64,000 nt of DNA from the NCBI GenBank assembly GCA_030390025.1, contig CM059432.1:57910001-57974000 (forward strand), read 5' to 3'. Position numbers and translations under genes: made by a program. This DNA is from Squalus acanthias. Taxonomy: Eukaryota. Below the pieces are notes generated by a model. That model saw only the letters and a list, made by a program, of their open reading frames with translations. It searched no databases and was not told where the DNA came from. This document shows, one piece after another, positions 11,365 to 22,261 of this stretch; position 1 is the first letter of the stretch; each line of letters begins with the position of its first letter.

Positions 11365-13760
11365 TCAACAGCAACAACTTGCATTTATATAGTGCCTTTA
11401 ACGTAGCAAAATGTCCCAAGGCGCTTAACAATAACGTAATCAATAAATATTTTGACACCGAGCCACAGAAAGAGATATGAGGACATATGACCTAAAGCTT
11501 GGCCAAAGAGGTAGGCTTTAAGGAGCATCTTAAAGGAGGAGAGTGAGGTAGAGAGGCAGAAAGGTTTAGGGAGGGAATTCCAGAGCTTAGGGCCAAGGTA
11601 GCTGAAAGCACGGCTGCCAATGGTGGCGCGATTAAAATCAGGGATGCGGAAGATGCCAGAATTGGAGGAGCGCAGAGATCTCGAAGGCTTGTAGGGCTGG
11701 AGGAGGTTACAGAGATAGGGAGGGATGAGGCCATGGAGGGAAAACAAGGATCAGAATTTTAAAATTGAGGCGTTGTTGGACCGGGAGCCAATGTAGGTCA
11801 GCGAGCACAGGGGTGATGGACTTGGTGCGAGTTAAGGGGGCAGATTATGCGGTGGTTATGATGGCGTACACTGAGAGTACGCCATCATACCGCCTTTGAA
11901 ATATACCGCAAGTTCGGGAATTCCGCATGCGCTTGGGCATGCGCTAAATCCTGAACTTGCGATGTGTCAAGGTACGCTTTGGCAGATGATCCACACCGAC
12001 GGGGAAATACCAATTGCTGGCGCAGAGTTGGGCTAACTGCCCACCAACTGTCCAGCAATTACGTTTGAAAATTTTACGGTTAGTGAAAGCAGGCGCAGGA
12101 GTCTGTTTCACTGTGAAAGGAACACATTAGAGTGTGTCTGAAAGGATTGTTAACCGTTCGGTATCACTTCAGAGTAAAATACATGTACCTCGTGGCAAAA
12201 TTTAGAAACATTAAAAATATAAAATCTGACAATTAATATTTAAAATTATCAATGTTTTCTGCACTCCAATTGTATGATCAAGAACTGGGCATTTGGCACA
12301 GATCATTTATACTTCCTTCAAATGTATGAAATAAAACCATTTTGCTCTTTAATTATTTTAGATAATACATTTAAAGCTGCACCACAGCTGGTGTGTTACG
12401 TGCATGATGTATAGTAAATCAAAAGGATCATTGCCAACGTCTTTCAGTGCTACTGAATCGCAATCCGTTGTAATGGACCTTTGACAGGATATTAAATGCT
12501 AGCCTTAAAAGAATAAAAACCTTACTGATTTACATAAAATAAATCTGAACACATCCTTAATTTAAAAAGCCGGGATGTATGAAGTACAGCACAGGTAATT
12601 CTTTGGGCTAGCAAAACACTCTACAATGCTGTACAATGTTCCTTAGTGCAAATAAGAAAAGGAACATGTTTCTTAGTACGAAATATAAATAACGTAACGT
12701 TTAATACACTTCCCAAGTGATAGAAACTGTTTTAAACTCAGTGGAAGGTTGAACAGCTAAACAATTTATTTCGCTTTAGTAAACGGTCAAAGGACGAGAA
12801 TCTTTCCATTGACTCCAAATGATTTTTTTTTAACCTTCAAGTGGAAAACAGATGCCAAATTATTGTTGGTCATTTGTTAATTTTAACAAAATGCTGATAT
12901 ATGAAATAAGTTCAAGTACCAGTTTAATTAAAAGTTTTTAAAATGTAATTTCAATGGAAGAGACTGAAAGAAGTTTCTGTGGGCGTGGCTTAGTTTTGAC
13001 AGAATTTGTGGGCGTGTCTCCCTTACGCATAGGCTGTACGCTGCGCTGCTGGTCTTTGTGATGTAATATGCTGCGCACAACTCTGCAGCGTCAAAGAGCA
13101 ATCTCCGTTCTGGGCCTCACACAAGGTAAGTTCGTATTCTTTTCAGAGGTCAGCGGCGTACTCCGTAGCTACGCCACTGACCGCAATTTTTAGGCAATTA
13201 TATGAGCACATGTTTATGCAGGGTGGAAGATGGAAGGCTGGCCAGGAGAACATTGGAATAGTTAAATCTAGAGGTAACAAAGGCATGGATGAGGGTTTCA
13301 GGAGCAGATGAGCTGAGTCAAGTTCAGAGTCGGGCAATGTTACAGAGGTGGAAATAGGCAGTCTTGGTGAGGGAGCGGATATGCGTTTTTTTTTAGCTCA
13401 TCTCGGGGTCAAACACAACACCAAGGTTGTGAATGGTCTGGCTCAGCTTCAGACAGTTGCTAGGGAGAGGGATAGAAATGGTGGTCAGGGAACGAGTTTG
13501 TGGTGGGGATCAAAGAGAATGGCTTCGGTCTTCCCAATATTTAGTTGGAGGAAATTTCTGCTCATCCAGTCGAACAAGCAATGTGACAAATCAGAGACAG
13601 TGGAGGGGTCAAGCGAGGTGGTGGTGAGATAGAGCTGAGTGTCCTCAGCGTACATGTGGAACTAGATGTTGCGTTTTCAGATGATGTCGCTGAGGGGCAG
13701 CGTGTAGATGAGAACTAGAAGGGGGCCAAGGATAGATCCTTGGGGGACTCCAGAGGTAGA
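11365..13760 (-). mobile_element. L2-like LINE 3' portion split by a 1.36 kb MITE
   Basis: The L2 tail and end (11365-11835) continue after the MITE at 13210-13760 (GVPQGS and YA-D-D-like remnants on the minus strand). Confidence 0.75.
11836..13196. mobile_element. Harbinger-type MITE related to the 30960 and 62327 copies
   Basis: Ends ggcagattatgcggt / accgcaatttttaggc; subterminal hairpins atgatggcgtac..gtacgccatcat and gcatgcgc..gcatgcgc; AT-rich interior. Confidence 0.7.
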
Positions 13761-15349
13761 CACGGCATTATCACTACAACAACAAAGAGGGAAGTTATAA
13801 CAATTTTTTTTCACAGAGTGTTAGTAGAACTTGGAACGCTTTTCCACAAATGGGTATTAAGGTAGAGACTGTAACATCATTTAAAAGGAATTATATAAGT
13901 ATTTGGAAAGGAAAAGTGAAAAAGGTTACATGAAAGGGCATGTAAAAAAGTAACACCAACATAGATATGATTGGACTATGGCCTCCTCTGTGCTGTAATT
14001 TCTATGATTCTATATCTGATGTTTCTTTAGTTTCCTTCTCTAGTATCTCTCCAATCTCTGCTCATGCCCTCTCTGAGCTCATCTTGCCCATGAGATCCAC
14101 CCCCTGCTTCCACTAAACTGCTGACCACCCAACTTCCCTTCCTGGACCCAAGGTTAGCTGACATTATAAATGATTCCCACTTCTCAGATACTGTCCCCCC
14201 TCTTTTTCAAAATCGTTATCATCACCTTCCTCCTCAAAAAAAAATCCTTGTCCCATCTATCCTTGCAAACAACTGCCCCATCTCCAACCTCCCTATCCTC
14301 TCCAAAGTCCTTGAATGTGTTGCCGACTCCCAAATCTGTGTGCACCTTTCCATGATTGAATCTCTCAAATCCGGTTTCCATCTCTGCCACAGAACTGAAA
14401 CGACCCTAATCAAAGTCACAAAAGACATCCTCTGTGACTGTAACCATGGTGCACTATCTCTCCTCGTCCTTCTCAACCTCTCCGCGACCTTTGACGTAGT
14501 CAACCATACCATCCTCCTCCAATGCCTCTGCTCAGTTGTCCAGCTCAATGGGATTGCCTTTGCTTGGTTCCACTCTTAACAATCCATTCATAGCCAGAGA
14601 ATCTCCCGCAATGGCTTCTCTTCTCACCTCGCACTGTTACCTCTGGAGTCCCCCAAGGATCTATCCTAGACCCCCTTCTGTTCCTCATATACCTGCTGCC
14701 CTTTGGTGACATCATCCAAAGACATGGGGCCAGGTTTCATATGTATGCCGATGATACCTAGCTCTACCTCTCCATCATCTCTCAACCTCTCCATTGCTTC
14801 TGACGTCCAGTCACGGATGAGCTGCAATTTCCTCCAGTTAAATATTGGGAAGATCGAAATCATCGTCTTTGGTCACAAACTCTGTACCTATGCCACCGAT
14901 TCCATTCCCCTCCCAACCACTCTGTCAGGTTGAACCAGACTGTTTGCAACCTCGTTGTCCTATTGGATCCTGAGCTGAGCTTCTGACCCCATATCCTCTC
15001 CATCACAAAGAGTGCCTATTTCCATCTTCGTAATATCACCCGTCTCTGCCCCTGTCTCAGCCCATCTGATGCCGAAACACTCATTCATGTCTTTGTCACC
15101 TCCAGTGTTCTCCTGGCAGGCCTCCCATCCTCCACCCTTCATAAACTTCAATTGATCCGAAACTCTGCCTCCCGTATCCTAACCCGCACCAAGTCCTGCT
15201 CACCTATCACCCCCGCACTGACCGACATTGGCTCCCGGGCCCCCAACGCCTCAAATTTAAAATTCTCATCTTCATGTTCAAATCCCTTCATGGCCTTGAC
15301 CCTCCCTATCTCTGTAACTTCCTGCAGGCCTACAACACCCAAGAACTCT

Positions 15350-18300
15350 GGTCCCGATATTTACGGGGCCGCAAGTTTGGCGCGGGGAGGAGGAGTTGTG
15401 GACGGGAAACCCTAAAGTATGGGTTTCCCGGACGTCCTGAAATTTTATCTGCCGTTTTCCCGCCCGACAGCCAGACTGATTGACACGTTGGTTGCCTGTC
15501 AGTTAGGAAAGCCTGCGGCACAAGGACATGGCCAAACAGGTAATGAGGCAGGGAGAGATCGCGGTCCATGGGATTGGGGTGGGCGGGGGGGGGGGGGGTT
15601 CATGGTGGTCGGAGCGGTCTCATGGTGGTTAGGGGAGTCTTGCTGTGGTTGTGGGGGTAGGGCAGGGGGAAAAAGATCAAGGTGTAGAGTGTGGTCGGGT
15701 GGGAGAGATCGTGGGATGGGGGTGAGATGGTGGTCGGGGGGGTGAGATGGTGGTCGGGGGGGGTGAGATGGTGGTCGGGGGGTGAAATGATGGTCGGGGG
15801 GGTGAGATGGTGGTCGGGGGGGGGAGATGGTGGTCGGGGGTGGGGGAGATGGTGGTCGGGGGGGGAGAGATGGTGGTCGGGGTGGGTGAGATGGTGGTTG
15901 GGGGGGTGAGATGGTGGTCGGTGGGGGGGGGGTGGTGAGATGGTGGTCGGGGGTGGGGGTGAGATGGTGGTCGGGGGGTGGGTGAGATGGTGGTCGGGGG
16001 GGTTGAGATGGTGGTCGGGGGGGGAGAGATGGTGGTCGGGGTGGGTGAGATGATGGTCGGGGGGGTGAGATGGTGGTCGGTGGGGGTGAGATGGTGGTCG
16101 GTGGGGGTGAGATGGTGGTCGGGGGGTGAGATGGTGGTCGGGGGGGGAGATGGTGGTCGGGGGCGTGAGATGGTGGTCGGTGGGGGTGAGATGGTGGTCG
16201 GGCGGGGGTGAGATGGTGGTCGGGGGGGTTGAGATGGTGGTCGGGGGGGGGAGAGATGGTGGTCGGGGTGGGTGAGATGATGGTCGGGGGGGTGAGATGG
16301 TGGTCGGTGGGGGTGAGATGGTGGTCGGTGGGGGTGAGATGGTGGTCGGGGGGTGAGATGGTGGTCGGGGGGGGAGATGGTGGTCGGGGGCGTGAGATGG
16401 TGGTCGGTGGGGGTGAGATGGTGGTCGGGCGGGGGTGAGATGGTGGTCGGTGGGGGTGAGATGGTGGTCGGGGGTGGGGGTGAGATGATGGTCGGGGGGG
16501 TGAGATGGTGGTCGGGGGCGTGAGATGGTGGTCGGTGGGGGTGAGATGGTGGTCGGGCGGGGGTGAGATGGTGGTCGGGGGGAGATGGTGGTCCGGGGGT
16601 GAGATGGTGGTCGGGGGGGGTGAGATGGTGGTCGGGGGGGAGATGGTGGTCGGGGGGTGAGATGGTGGTCGGGGGGGGGGGGTGGAAGAGATGGTGGTCG
16701 GGGGGGGAGATGGTGGTTGGGTGGGAGAGATCGTTGGGTGGGGTGAGATGGTGGTCGGGGGTGGGGGAGATGGTGGTGAGGGGGGGGGGGGGAGATGGTG
16801 GTCGGGGGGGGTGTGATGGTGGTCGGGGGGTGAGATGGTGGTCGGGGGGGGGGTGAGATGGTGGTCGGGGGGGGGGGGTGAGATGGTGGTCGGGGGCGGG
16901 GGGGGGTGAGATGGTGGTCGGGGGGGGGTGAGATGGTAGTCGGGGGGGGGTGAGATGGTGGTCGGGGGGGGGGAGATGGTGGTCGGGGGGTGGGTGAGAT
17001 GGTGGTCGGGGGGGGGGAGATGGTGGTCGGGGGGTGAGATGGTGGTCGGGGGTCGGGGGGGATGACATGGTGGTCGGGGGGGTGAGATGGTGGTCAGGGG
17101 GGGAGATGGTGGTCGGGGGGGGGGGGTGAGATGGTGGTCGGGGATGGGGGTGTGATGGTGGTCGGGGGGGGGGGAGATGGTGGTCGGGGGGGGTGTGATG
17201 GTGGTCGGGGGGTGAGATGGTGGTCGGGGGGGGGGGGTGAGATGGTGGTCGGGGGGGGGGGGTGAGATGGTGGTCGGGGGGTGAAATGATGGTCGGGGGG
17301 GTGAGATGGTGGTCGGGGGGGGGAGATGGTGGTCGGGGGTGGGGGAGATGGTGGTCGGGGGGGGAGAGATGGTGGTCGGGGTGGGTGAGATGGTGGTTGG
17401 GGGGGTGAGATGGTGGTCGGTGGGGGGGGGGGGTGAGATGGTGGTCGGGGGTGGGGGTGAGATGGTGGTCGGGGGGTGGGTGAGATGGTGGTCGGGGGGG
17501 GGAGAGATGGTGGTCGGGGTGGGTGAGATGATGGTCGGGGGGGTGAGATGGTGGTCGGTGGGGGTGAGATGGTGGTCGGTGGGGGTGAGATGGTGGTCGG
17601 GGGGTGAGATGGTGGTCGGGGGGGGAGATGGTGGTCGGGGGCGTGAGATGGTGGTCGGTGGGGTGAGATGGTGGTCGGGCGGGGGTGAGATGGTGGTCGG
17701 GGGGGTTGAGATGGTGGTCGGGGGGGGGGAGAGATGGTGGTCGGGGTGGGTGAGATGATGGTCGGGGGGGTGAGATGGTGGTCGGTGGGGGTGAGATGGT
17801 GGTCGGTGGGGGTGAGATGGTGGTCGGGGGGTGAGATGGTGGTCGGGGGGGGAGATGGTGGTCGGGGGCGTGAGATGGTGGTCGGTGGGGGTGAGATGGT
17901 GGTCGGGCGGGGGTGAGATGGTGGTCGGTGGGGGTGAGATGGTGGTCGGGGGTGGGGGTGAGATGATGGTCGGGGGGGTGAGATGGTGGTCGGGGGCGTG
18001 AGATGGTGGTCGGTGGGGGTGAGATGGTGGTCGGGCGGGGGTGAGATGGTGGTCGGGGGGAGATGGTGGTCCGGGGGTGAGATGGTGGTCGGGGGGGGTG
18101 AGATGGTGGTCGGGGGGGAGATGGTGGTCGGGGGGTGAGATGGTGGTCGGGGGGGGGGGGTGGAAGAGATGGTGGTCGGGGGGGGAGATGGTGGTTGGGT
18201 GGGAGAGATCGTTGGGTGGGGTGAGATGGTGGTCGGGGGTGGGGGAGATGGTGGTGAGGGGGGGGGGAGATGGTGGTCGGGGGGGGTGTGATGGTGGTCG

Positions 18301-20939
18301 GGGGGTGAGATGGTGGTCGGGGGGGGGGGGTGAGATGGTGGTCGGGGGGGGGATGAGATGGTGGTCGGGGGCGGGGGGGGTGAGATGGTGGTCGGGGGGG
18401 GGGTGAGATGGTGGTCGGGGGGGGGGTGAGATGGTGGTCGGGGGGGGGGGGAGATGGTGGTCGGGGGGTGGGTGAGATGGTGGTCGGGGGGGGGGAGATG
18501 GTGGTCGGGGGGTGAGATGGTGGTCGGGGGTCGGGGGGGATGACATGGTGGTCGGGGGGGTGAGATGGTGGTCAGGGGGGGAGATGGTGGTCGGGGGGGG
18601 GGTGAGATGGTGGTCGGGGATGGGGGTGTGATGGTGGTCGGGGGGTGGGTGAGATGGTGGTCGGGGGGGTTGAGATGGTGGTCGGGGGGGTGAGATGGTG
18701 GTCGGGGGGGGGGGGAGATGGTGGTCGGGGGGTGGGTGAGATGGTGGTCGGGGGGGGGAGATGGTGGTCGGGGGGTGAGATGGTGGTCGGGGGGGGGGAG
18801 ATGGTGGTCGGGGGGTGAGATGGTGGTCGGGGGGGTGAGATGGTGGTCGGGGGGGGTGAGATGGTGGTCGGGGGGGGTGAGATGGTGGTCGGGGGGTGAG
18901 ATGGTGGTCGGGGGTGGGGGTGAGATGGTGGTCGGGGGGTGGGCGAGATGGTGGTCAGGGGGTGAGATGGTGGTCGGGGGGGGGTGAGATGGTGGTCGGG
19001 GGGGGAGATGGTGGTCGGGGGGATGAGATGGTGGTCGGGGGGGGGGGAGATGGTGGTCGGGGGGGGGTGAGAAGGTGGTCGGGGGGGTGAGATGGTGGTC
19101 GGGGTGTGGGGAGATGGTGGTCGGGGGGGGTGAGATGGTGCTCGGGGGGGGGGGGAGATGGTGGTCGGGGGGGGGTGAGATGGTAGTCGGGGGGGGGGAG
19201 ATGGTGGTCGGGGGGGGGTGAGATGGTGGTCGGGGGGGTGAGATGGTGGTCGGGGGGGTGAGATGGTGGTCGGGGGGGTGAGATGGTGGTCGGGGGGGTG
19301 AGATGCTGGTCGGGGGGGTGAGATGGTGGTCGGGGGGGGGGAGATGGTGGTCGGGGGGGGTGAGATGGTGGTCGGGGGGGTGAGATGGTGGTCGGGGGGT
19401 GAGATGGTGGTCGGGGGGGGAGATGGTGGTCGGGGGGGGTGAGATGGTGATCGGGGGGGTGCGATGGTGGTCGGGGGGGGGCAGATGGTGGTCGGGGGGG
19501 GTGAGATGGTGGTCGGGGGGGCGAGATGGTGGTCAGGGGGTGAGATGGTGGTCGGGGGGGGTGAGATGGTGGTCGGGGGGTGGGGAGATGGTGGTCGGGG
19601 GGGTGAGATGGTGGTCGGGGGGGGTGAGATGGTGGTCGGGGGGTGAGATGGTGGTCGGGGGGGGGGCGAGATGGTGGTCGGGGGGTGGGTGAGATGGTGG
19701 TCGGGGGTGGGGAGATGGTGGTCGGGGGGGGTGAGATGGTGGTCGGGGGGGGTGAGATGGTGGTCGGGGGGTGAGATGGTGGTCGGGGGGGGGGGCGAGA
19801 TGGTGGTCGGGGGGTGGGTGAGATGGTGGTCGGGGGGTGAGATGGTGGTCGGGGGGGGGTGAGATGGTGGTCGGGGGGTGAGATGGTGGTCGGGGGGGGG
19901 AGATGGTGGTCGGGGGGGTGCGATGGTGGTCGGGGGGGGATGAGATGGTGGTCGGGGGGGGTGAGATGGTGGTCGGGGGGGTGAGATGCTGGTCGGGGGG
20001 GTGAGATGCTGGTCGGGGGGGTGAGATGGTGGTCGGAGGGGGTGCGATGGTGGTCGGGGGGGGATGAGATGGTGGTCGGGGGGGTGAGATGGTGGTCGGG
20101 GGGGGGTGAGATGGTGGTCGGGGGGGTGAGATGGTGGTCGGGGGGTGAGATGGTGGTCGGGGGGGAGATGGTGGTCGGGGGGGTGAGATGGTGGTCGGAG
20201 GGTGAGATGGTGATCGGGGGGTGAGATGGTGGTCGGGGGGTGTGAGATGGTGGTCAGGGAGGGGGTGAGATGGTGGTCGGGGGGGGTGAGATGGTGGTCG
20301 GGGGGTGAGATGGTGGTCGGGGGTGGGGTGAGATGGTGGTCGGGGGGTGTGAGATGGTGGTCGGGGGGGGGTGAGATGGTGGTCGGGGTGAGATGGTGGT
20401 CGGGGGGTGAGATGGTGGTCGGGGGGTGAGATGGTGGTCGGGGGTCGGGGGGGATGAGATGGTGGTCGGGGGGGATGAGATGGTGGTCGGCGGGGGGGTG
20501 AGATGGTGGTCCGGGGGTGCGAGATGGTGGCAGGTGTTGGTGGGAGTGGGGTGCGGGGGAGATCGCGGGGAGGGGGAGTCAGCGATCCTGGATCTGGAAG
20601 CAGGTAAACTTGCTGGGCTGGGGGGAACTCTCCTGCTCCTCCTGGCCCACAAGCAGTGCTATAAAGGCACATACTTTATGGATCTAGCTCTTCTTGCTTC
20701 CTTTTTCCTAAATGGGTTAAAAATAAAATGCTTGTAAAAATGGAGGCACGCAGCCTCCTTAAAAGCTGTTACTGACTGAACCGACCTGAGAGTAGATTGA
20801 TTGCCCGCTCCCCAATCCATCTCCGTTAAAACTGGAAGTGGGCGAGTGCGAGATGGGTTGGGGTCGGGATTGAAATAATTTAAATTTTAACTTCTCACCC
20901 GACTCAAACCCACCGTGCTTGGGTGTTAAAATGACCCCC
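15350..20939. mobile_element. Non-autonomous DNA element (Harbinger-type MITE) containing a large minisatellite
   Basis: Ends ggtcccgatatttac / gttaaaatgaccccc; TCT TSD at 15347-15349 and 20940-20942; body homologous (inverted) to 45656-46791. Confidence 0.85.
15715..20530 (+). repeat. ~4.8 kb G-rich minisatellite, unit ~20-25 nt (GAGATGGTGGTCG-G(n)-T)
   Basis: Roughly 200 tandem units with variable G-run length and higher-order duplications. Confidence 0.98.
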
Positions 20940-21642
20940 TCTGTGTTTCTCCAGCTCTGGCCTCTTGTACATCCCCCAGTTCATTCACCCCACCATTGGT
21001 GGCTATGCCTTCAGCCATCTATGTCCTAAGCTCTGGAATTCCTTCCCTAAACCTCTGCAACTCTCCACCTCCCTCTCCTCTGTTAAGACCCTCCTTAATA
21101 CCCACCTCTTTGACTAAGCTTTTAGTCACCCCATCTAATATCTCCTTTGGTTCTGTGTCGATTTTTGTCTGATTACACTTCTATGAAGCACCTTGGAATG
21201 TTTTTCTACATTAAAGGCACTATGTAAATACAAGCTATTGTTATTGTTGATCTAGAAGTGTTCAATGCTGACACTGGGTGACAAAGTTGGCAAAGAAGTG
21301 TTCCATCCCCTAGTACTGACATTAATCATTTTGATGAGTACTAAAAGTCACCCAAAGTGGCCTAGGAAGATTTTAATTCAAGCTGAACAGTCAGAATAGG
21401 AACAACCTCACAATTGATGACCACTTTCATTTCCTCACAAGGAAGATCTTGGCCGTTCATTTGACCAATGGTACCAGTGAGTTATTGCTTGTGTCTGCAG
21501 GTGCAAAAGGTCCAGGTGCATGTTCTTTTTCATTTATACTGCATATAGTCAGACTGTCAAGATTCATCAAAAATACATCTGGCGTACTTAGAAGGTGATT
21601 AAATTAATGACGCACATGACTGAAAACAAAGTACTTAAATAC

Positions 21643-21732
21643 CTCTGGATAGAAGCATATGTCTGTGCACATGGCAGTGGAGTTGAATGTCTGGTTCTTC
21701 ACGGTTGTCGATTTATCTGAATCACACCAAAA
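21643..21732 (-). CDS. ADCY8: Adenylate cyclase 8, internal exon (exon 11 equivalent; extracellular glycosylated loop)
   Basis: ttttcag|TTT TGG...CCA GAG|gtattt; 90 nt, phase 0/0; encodes [30 protein letters not shown] with two N-X-S/T sequons. Confidence 0.94.
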
Positions 21733-22120
21733 CTGAAAAAGAAGCTCAAGTGTTAGGTGGGATATCTTAAATATCATTCACAAATCCCATATCTAGTAAT
21801 TTTGAAATGGATTTGATCTAATTATTTAGGAATGATATAAAGATATCAAAACACATATTTGAAAAGCAATCTGTTAAATACAGGTGGGTATTTTAATCTG
21901 TCAATAAAGGCATCATTACATGATGGTCTGCCATCTGTCTATATAAAAAAATATTTAATGTCTATCAAACATCTAAAGCAGTATTCTTCACACTACAATA
22001 CTTCAATTTTTAGATTTCTAGATAATTATGACTAAATGGAAGAATTCGGGGCATAATGTTTGATATTTCCCAAATAAACAATGGGAGGGTGGGGTTAACA
22101 ATACATAAGAATGATACCTA

Positions 22121-22258
22121 GGCCGAAAATGTCCTCGGAGCAGCTCCATCTACGCCACCATGATTTCGCTAGAAGTGCAATACATAATGAGGTTTCAGCC
22201 TCACTTCCGGCTGAGTTACGACGTCGGAGCAGGAGCCGTTCCGAGGAAATTCCCAGCC
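22121..22258. mobile_element. 138-bp MITE
   Basis: TIR ggccgaaaatgtcctcgga / tccgaggaaattcccagcc; CTA TSD. Confidence 0.75.
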
Positions 22259-22261
22259 CTA

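Larger units (their letters stand above)
10820..14012 (+). mobile_element. Decayed CR1 3' region split by an L2 insertion (pieces ~10820-11362 and ~13775-14012)
   Basis: Degenerate CR1 RT C-terminal motifs (tatgcagttctgggctcc, gatctaacagaggttttcaaag) and ttctatgattcta tail. Confidence 0.65.
14020..21248 (+). mobile_element. L2-like LINE 3' half (14020-15349 and 20940-21248) split by the minisatellite-bearing MITE
   Basis: RT remnants SGFH..STETTL, LLNLSATFD, GVPQGS, MYADD; resumes after the TCT duplication and ends in a ttgttattgttg tail. Confidence 0.8.

Noticed and set aside
15715..20530. CRISPR-like repeat-spacer appearance
   Set aside because: The 'spacers' are only variable G runs, not unique sequences; eukaryotic context; no cas genes.
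15499..20672. Very long Pro/His-rich ORFs (1015, 463 and 379 aa) and many Gly/Trp-rich ORFs
   Set aside because: Products of a stop-poor tandem repeat; open in several frames, no domain, inside an intronic MITE.
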